Source of the DNA: a virus
Lineage: Duplodnaviria; Caudoviricetes
Length of the DNA stretch: 64,000 nucleotides
Direction: 5' to 3' (one strand)
Virus record (IMG/VR): IMGVR_UViG_3300026549_000029
Span: 128,001-192,000 of that record
Numbering within the stretch: position 1 is the stretch's first letter; each line of letters starts with the position of its first letter. Below the pieces are notes generated by a model. That model was not told the DNA's origin and did not search any database. It was given only the letters and a program-made list of their open reading frames with translations. Shown here piece after piece: positions 60,259 through 64,000 of the stretch. A program made the translations under genes and the position numbers.

Positions 60259-61066
60259 TTTTGGTTCTTCAGTACTTCAGATGTTGCTCAAAACTTCTAT
60301 TAAGAAAAATCTCTATTATGAAATTAAAGATCGTATGGATGAAGAAGTATTCGATGGTACAGCCGTACGAAGAAAAACTCGTAGAGTAAAAGTTTATGGA
60401 GGCACTTCTTCTAAGTCTACTAGAAATAAACTTATTGAACTTCTTTATCAAAGAGTGCAGCATCATAGAGATAAATTCAATTCTAAAGAAATATATGATG
60501 AACTTTCTACTATGGTAGTTAAACCAAATGGTAAAGTTGAACATGCAGAAGATGCTCATGATGATTTAGTATTCTCTTATTTATGGGCTTTATATATCTT
60601 TTATTATGGTGAAGATCTTGCCACAAGATATCACTTAATGAAGACTGAAATATATACAGATGATCATTATGATGAAACTTCTTATTCTCTTGAAGAAGAG
60701 TATATGGAAGGAGATAATATTGATCCTTCTGTATTTAGAACAGAAGATCCATCTACTCAGTTAGCAGATGAACAGTTAAAAATATTAAATTCTGTAAAGA
60801 GTATTACTTTTGAAGATTTATATAAAAAACAATTATTAGAAGATCAAAAGAGTTTGGATAAAATAAAGAGAACTCCTTATGGAAGAGAAGCTATAAGTAA
60901 TGCATATCATATACCATTAGACCATATAGAAAAAGAAATGAAAATGGGATATGTAGATATATTAGATGATATTAATAAAGAATTTTATGGAAATGATATA
61001 GAAAAAGATCCTAATAAAGATCCTACACTGACAGGAAATTTATCAGATTTATTTAATAGATTATAA
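60259..61066 (+). CDS. terL: Terminase large subunit, exon 2 (spliced product 743 aa)
   Basis: FGSSVLQML...GKVEHAEDAHDDLVFS nuclease motif. Confidence 0.88.
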
Positions 61067-61079
61067 AAAATAAATATAT

Positions 61080-61108
61080 AGTGAGGAAGGCTAAATACCT
61101 TCCTCACT
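61080..61108 (+). terminator. Intrinsic terminator
   Basis: AGTGAGGAAGG-loop-CCTTCCTCACT plus T tract. Confidence 0.8.
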
Positions 61109-61196
61109 TTTAATATTTTAATGTATAATCAAAATATAATTATATATTATAATATTGATAATAGAATATAGTTTTAAGAAAGGATAGTATATAGAT

Positions 61197-61532
61197 ATGA
61201 CAGAATTTACAATAAATATATTTTATTTAAAAAATTTTGGAGTAATAGAGTTTATTATAAATACAGACATAAATAATCCATATATAATATTGAAAGATCA
61301 GAAAGATAATATTATATCTGAAATATATCTTTTTAAAGCTGAATATAAATCAAATAAAAAATTAAGTAGTATTAATAAAAATAAATTCATAGAATTTTGT
61401 AAATCTATAAATTTAAGTATAAAAGAACATAATGATTTAATAGAAACAAATTGGCAATCTGCATTGCATACATATAATGTGGTAAATAATTTAAATATAT
61501 TATATAAAATGCCAGATTATAATTTATTATAG
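61197..61532 (+). CDS. Hypothetical early protein of the TNW...PDY family
   Basis: Early promoter at 61142; IETNWQ...KMPDYNLL. Confidence 0.7.
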   Translation: MTEFTINIFYLKNFGVIEFIINTDINNPYIILKDQKDNIISEIYLFKAEYKSNKKLSSINKNKFIEFCKSINLSIKEHNDLIETNWQSALHTYNVVNNLNILYKMPDYNLL

Positions 61533-61543
61533 GAGAAAATATA

Positions 61544-62734
61544 ATGAAAGAAATTTTAATCGAAGGAATGTATAATATTGCAAAATGCTTTTGTGTTGAT
61601 AGTGATAAATATGATATTGATCAATATGCTAGAGCACAGATAAAAGCAATATGTAATAATAAAGCATATTCAGATTGTAAGATCAGAATAATGCCTGATG
61701 TTCATGCTGGTAAAGTAGGTCCTATTGGTTTATCTATTATATATAATAGATTCCCTGAAAGAATTATTCCTAATATGATAGGATCTGATATTGGTTGTGG
61801 AGTTTTATTATATAAAATAAAACCTAAAAAGAGAATTACTAAGGGTTTATTACAGGAATTAGATAGTTATATTAGAAATATTATTCCTTATGGATCTAAT
61901 AGACAGAAAGATATTGGAAGTTTAAGATTTGGATTTAATCTTGAATGTGCTGTTGAAAGATTACATAAGAAAGGAATAATTAATTTTGAATTAGGATTAT
62001 CTTATGTAGGAACTTTAGGCGGAGGAAATCATTTTATAGAAATCGATAAAGATGAAGATGATTTCTATTATATTTGTATTCACACTGGTAGTAGATATTT
62101 AGGTCAATGCGTAAATAAATATTACAATGATAAAGGACAAAAATATCTTAAAGATAATGGAATCTTTAGTATTCCATATGAATACACTTATCTGGAGAAT
62201 CACAATTTAAAACGTGATTATCTTGAAAGCACTAGAGACTGTGAAATATTTGCAGAATATAATAGAAAGACTATTGCTAATAAGATCTGTAGTTTTATTA
62301 ATGCAGAGATTATAGATGTAATAGATAATTTTCATAATTATTATGAGAGCTATTCTAAAGATCATAATGAGAAATTTGTGATAAGAAAAGGTTGTATTGC
62401 ATCAGAATTTATTGAGAAGGTTGTAATTCCAATAAATGCAAGAGATGGTATTATTATAGGAAATGGAAAGCATAATGAAGATTGGAATTGCTCAGCTCCT
62501 CATGGAGCAGGTAGAATTATAAAAAGATCTGAAGTTAAAAATACTTATAATACTTCTATGTATAAGAAAGAAATGAAGGGAATTTATTCTACTTCTATTT
62601 CTAAAGATACATTAGATGAAGCTCCTTTTGCTTATAGAGATATTGAGCTTATTAGAGAAGCTATAGAACCTAGTGTAAATATTATTAATATACTTAAACC
62701 AGTATACAATTTTAAAGCTGGAGGAAATGAATAA
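61544..62734 (+). CDS. rtcB: RtcB-family RNA ligase (RtcB2-type by context)
   Basis: MPDVHAG, GSDIGCG, GTLGGGNHFIE, HTGSR, HNY, RKG, SAPHGAGR, DEAPFAY. Confidence 0.95.
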   Translation: MKEILIEGMYNIAKCFCVDSDKYDIDQYARAQIKAICNNKAYSDCKIRIMPDVHAGKVGPIGLSIIYNRFPERIIPNMIGSDIGCGVLLYKIKPKKRITKGLLQELDSYIRNIIPYGSNRQKDIGSLRFGFNLECAVERLHKKGIINFELGLSYVGTLGGGNHFIEIDKDEDDFYYICIHTGSRYLGQCVNKYYNDKGQKYLKDNGIFSIPYEYTYLENHNLKRDYLESTRDCEIFAEYNRKTIANKICSFINAEIIDVIDNFHNYYESYSKDHNEKFVIRKGCIASEFIEKVVIPINARDGIIIGNGKHNEDWNCSAPHGAGRIIKRSEVKNTYNTSMYKKEMKGIYSTSISKDTLDEAPFAYRDIELIREAIEPSVNIINILKPVYNFKAGGNE

Positions 62735-63340
62735 ATGATATTTAGAATATCATCAGGAATAAATCCGCCACCAGAGTGTAATATGGCTATTGATTTATTT
62801 TATAAAAGATTAATAAAAGAAATCAAAGATATTAAATTAATAGATTCTAAAAAATCTAAATTTTCTAATTACAATAGTTCTATAACTTTTATGACAGATG
62901 ATAAAAAGATTAAAGAATATATAGGAACTATAGAATGGATTTGTGAAAGTCCGATAAGAAAAGGTCATAAAAGAAAGAATTGGTTTATCAGTTTATCAGA
63001 GATACCAGAAGTTAAGATTGTAGATTCTGATATTAACTCTAGCAATATAAAAATAGATATATTTAGATCTTCAGGAAATGGAGGACAAAGTGTAAATACT
63101 ACAAATTCTGCTGTAAGAGTAACTCATATTCCTACAGGAATTGTAGTAGAGAATCAAGATGAAAGATCACAATACATGAATAAAAAGAAATGCTTAGAGG
63201 AATTGAATTATAGACTTAATGAAATACAGAAAAAGAATAAAGCCTTCCAAGATAATGAATCTTGGAAGATTGGTAATAATGTAATAAGAGGAAATCCTGT
63301 AAAGATATATGAAGGATTGAATTTTAAATTAAGAAAATAG
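62735..63340 (+). CDS. prfH: Peptide chain release factor homolog PrfH
   Basis: [44 protein letters not shown] (GGQ), DERSQ..NK; ~200 aa directly after rtcB. Confidence 0.9.
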   Translation: MIFRISSGINPPPECNMAIDLFYKRLIKEIKDIKLIDSKKSKFSNYNSSITFMTDDKKIKEYIGTIEWICESPIRKGHKRKNWFISLSEIPEVKIVDSDINSSNIKIDIFRSSGNGGQSVNTTNSAVRVTHIPTGIVVENQDERSQYMNKKKCLEELNYRLNEIQKKNKAFQDNESWKIGNNVIRGNPVKIYEGLNFKLRK

Positions 63341-63351
63341 TATATAAATAA

Positions 63352-63489
63352 CCATATTATAAATCAATTAATGGTTTAATTTTAACTAATTGGGAAGTTA
63401 TTAGCAAATCTTGGACAGATGCTTTTGGTAAACATTTATCTTATGCAACCATTAAGCCAGATTATACAATTATTAAACCTACAAAATAA
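63352..63489 (+). pseudogene. Start-less 3' remnant of a TNW...PDY family gene
   Basis: Open frame PYYKSINGLILTNWEVISKSWTDAFGKHLSYATIKPDYTIIKPTK* resembles the C-terminus of 61197..61532. Confidence 0.55.
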
Positions 63490-63505
63490 ATAATAAAAAT
63501 AATTT

Positions 63506-63529
63506 AGCCCAGAGAGAAATCTCTGGGCT
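63506..63529. terminator. Bidirectional terminator
   Basis: AGCCCAGAGA-GAAA-TCTCTGGGCT between convergent genes. Confidence 0.8.
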
Positions 63530-63536
63530 TTATTTT

Positions 63537-63938
63537 TTATTTAAATTTTTCTTCATCTAGAAAAATAATATTATCATATTTACAATTGTTTGGATTGCCA
63601 TCTATATTAACTACCTTACAACCTCTCTCTAAATAGCTATCTGGATTTCTTATATAGCTATAAGCCATAAGATCTTTAATAAGAAAGCGTTTTTTAGTAA
63701 AAGATTCTTCTTCTTTTCTTTTACATAATAAATTTACATAAGGATATTTACCTTCATATTCCCATCTTAAATATAAATCATCTGCTATGCAATAAATTTG
63801 TCCATTCTGTGTAATAATATATATACTAGGAAATACATCAGGATTAATTAAATGCTTTGCATCTATAACATTAAAATTTTCATACCCTCTGATGAAAGTT
63901 TTATTTGTTAATAGATCATAATATTCTTCCTTATTCAT
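63537..63938 (-). CDS. Degenerate NUMOD4/HNH-like protein
   Basis: YIITQNGQIY, YPYVNL, LMAYSYIRNP and VNIDGNPNNCKYDNI; the catalytic His position appears replaced by Asn. Confidence 0.6.
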   Translation of the reverse strand: MNKEEYYDLLTNKTFIRGYENFNVIDAKHLINPDVFPSIYIITQNGQIYCIADDLYLRWEYEGKYPYVNLLCKRKEEESFTKKRFLIKDLMAYSYIRNPDSYLERGCKVVNIDGNPNNCKYDNIIFLDEEKFK

Positions 63939-63941
63939 TTA

Positions 63942-64000
63942 TTATTTTAATCCAAAAGCTTTCATAGTATCTATTTCAGTTAACTGAACTGTACTATCAT
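63942..64000 (-). CDS. 3' end of a gene running off the window
   Basis: Frame DSTVQLTEIDTMKAFGLK* ends just upstream of the 63938 start. Confidence 0.45.
   Translation of the reverse strand, partial: DSTVQLTEIDTMKAFGLK

Noticed and set aside
63368-63455. TTAATGGTT/AACCATTAA inverted repeat as an ncRNA after prfH
   Set aside because: A single 9-bp AT-rich stem; the region is better explained as a gene remnant.

Overview
AT-rich segment of a large tailed phage (jumbo myovirus) of the AR9/PBS1-phiKZ type, probably infecting a Firmicute (strong AGGAGG ribosome-binding sites, SH3b-domain wall hydrolase). The standard genetic code fits throughout. It encodes both halves of a split multisubunit RNA polymerase beta subunit, a probable virion RNAP beta-prime C-terminal piece, NAD-dependent ligase, DHFR, an SbcC/Rad50 ATPase, the N-terminal half of a split family B DNA polymerase, portal, tail tube, tail sheath, a fibre cluster with two GT2 glycosyltransferases, terminase large subunit and an rtcB-prfH operon. 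The polymerase and terminase genes are each interrupted by an ORF-less group I intron that the ORF track misses. Two promoter-like motifs recur: early-type A(G/T)ATATTATAAT and late-type (A/G)AC(A/T)-N6-TA. The most unusual signals are non-coding: (1) a ~250-nt minus-strand unit at 52.85-53.12 kb with its own late-type promoter and terminator, made of tandem reverse complements of Shine-Dalgarno + ATG sites (candidate multi-target anti-translation RNA); (2) a ~230-nt nested structured RNA directly behind a coiled-coil gene at 18.1-18.3 kb; and, among coding features, (3) a phage-borne RtcB-PrfH ribosome rescue/repair pair. Family assignments come from motif recognition and recollection, not database searches.
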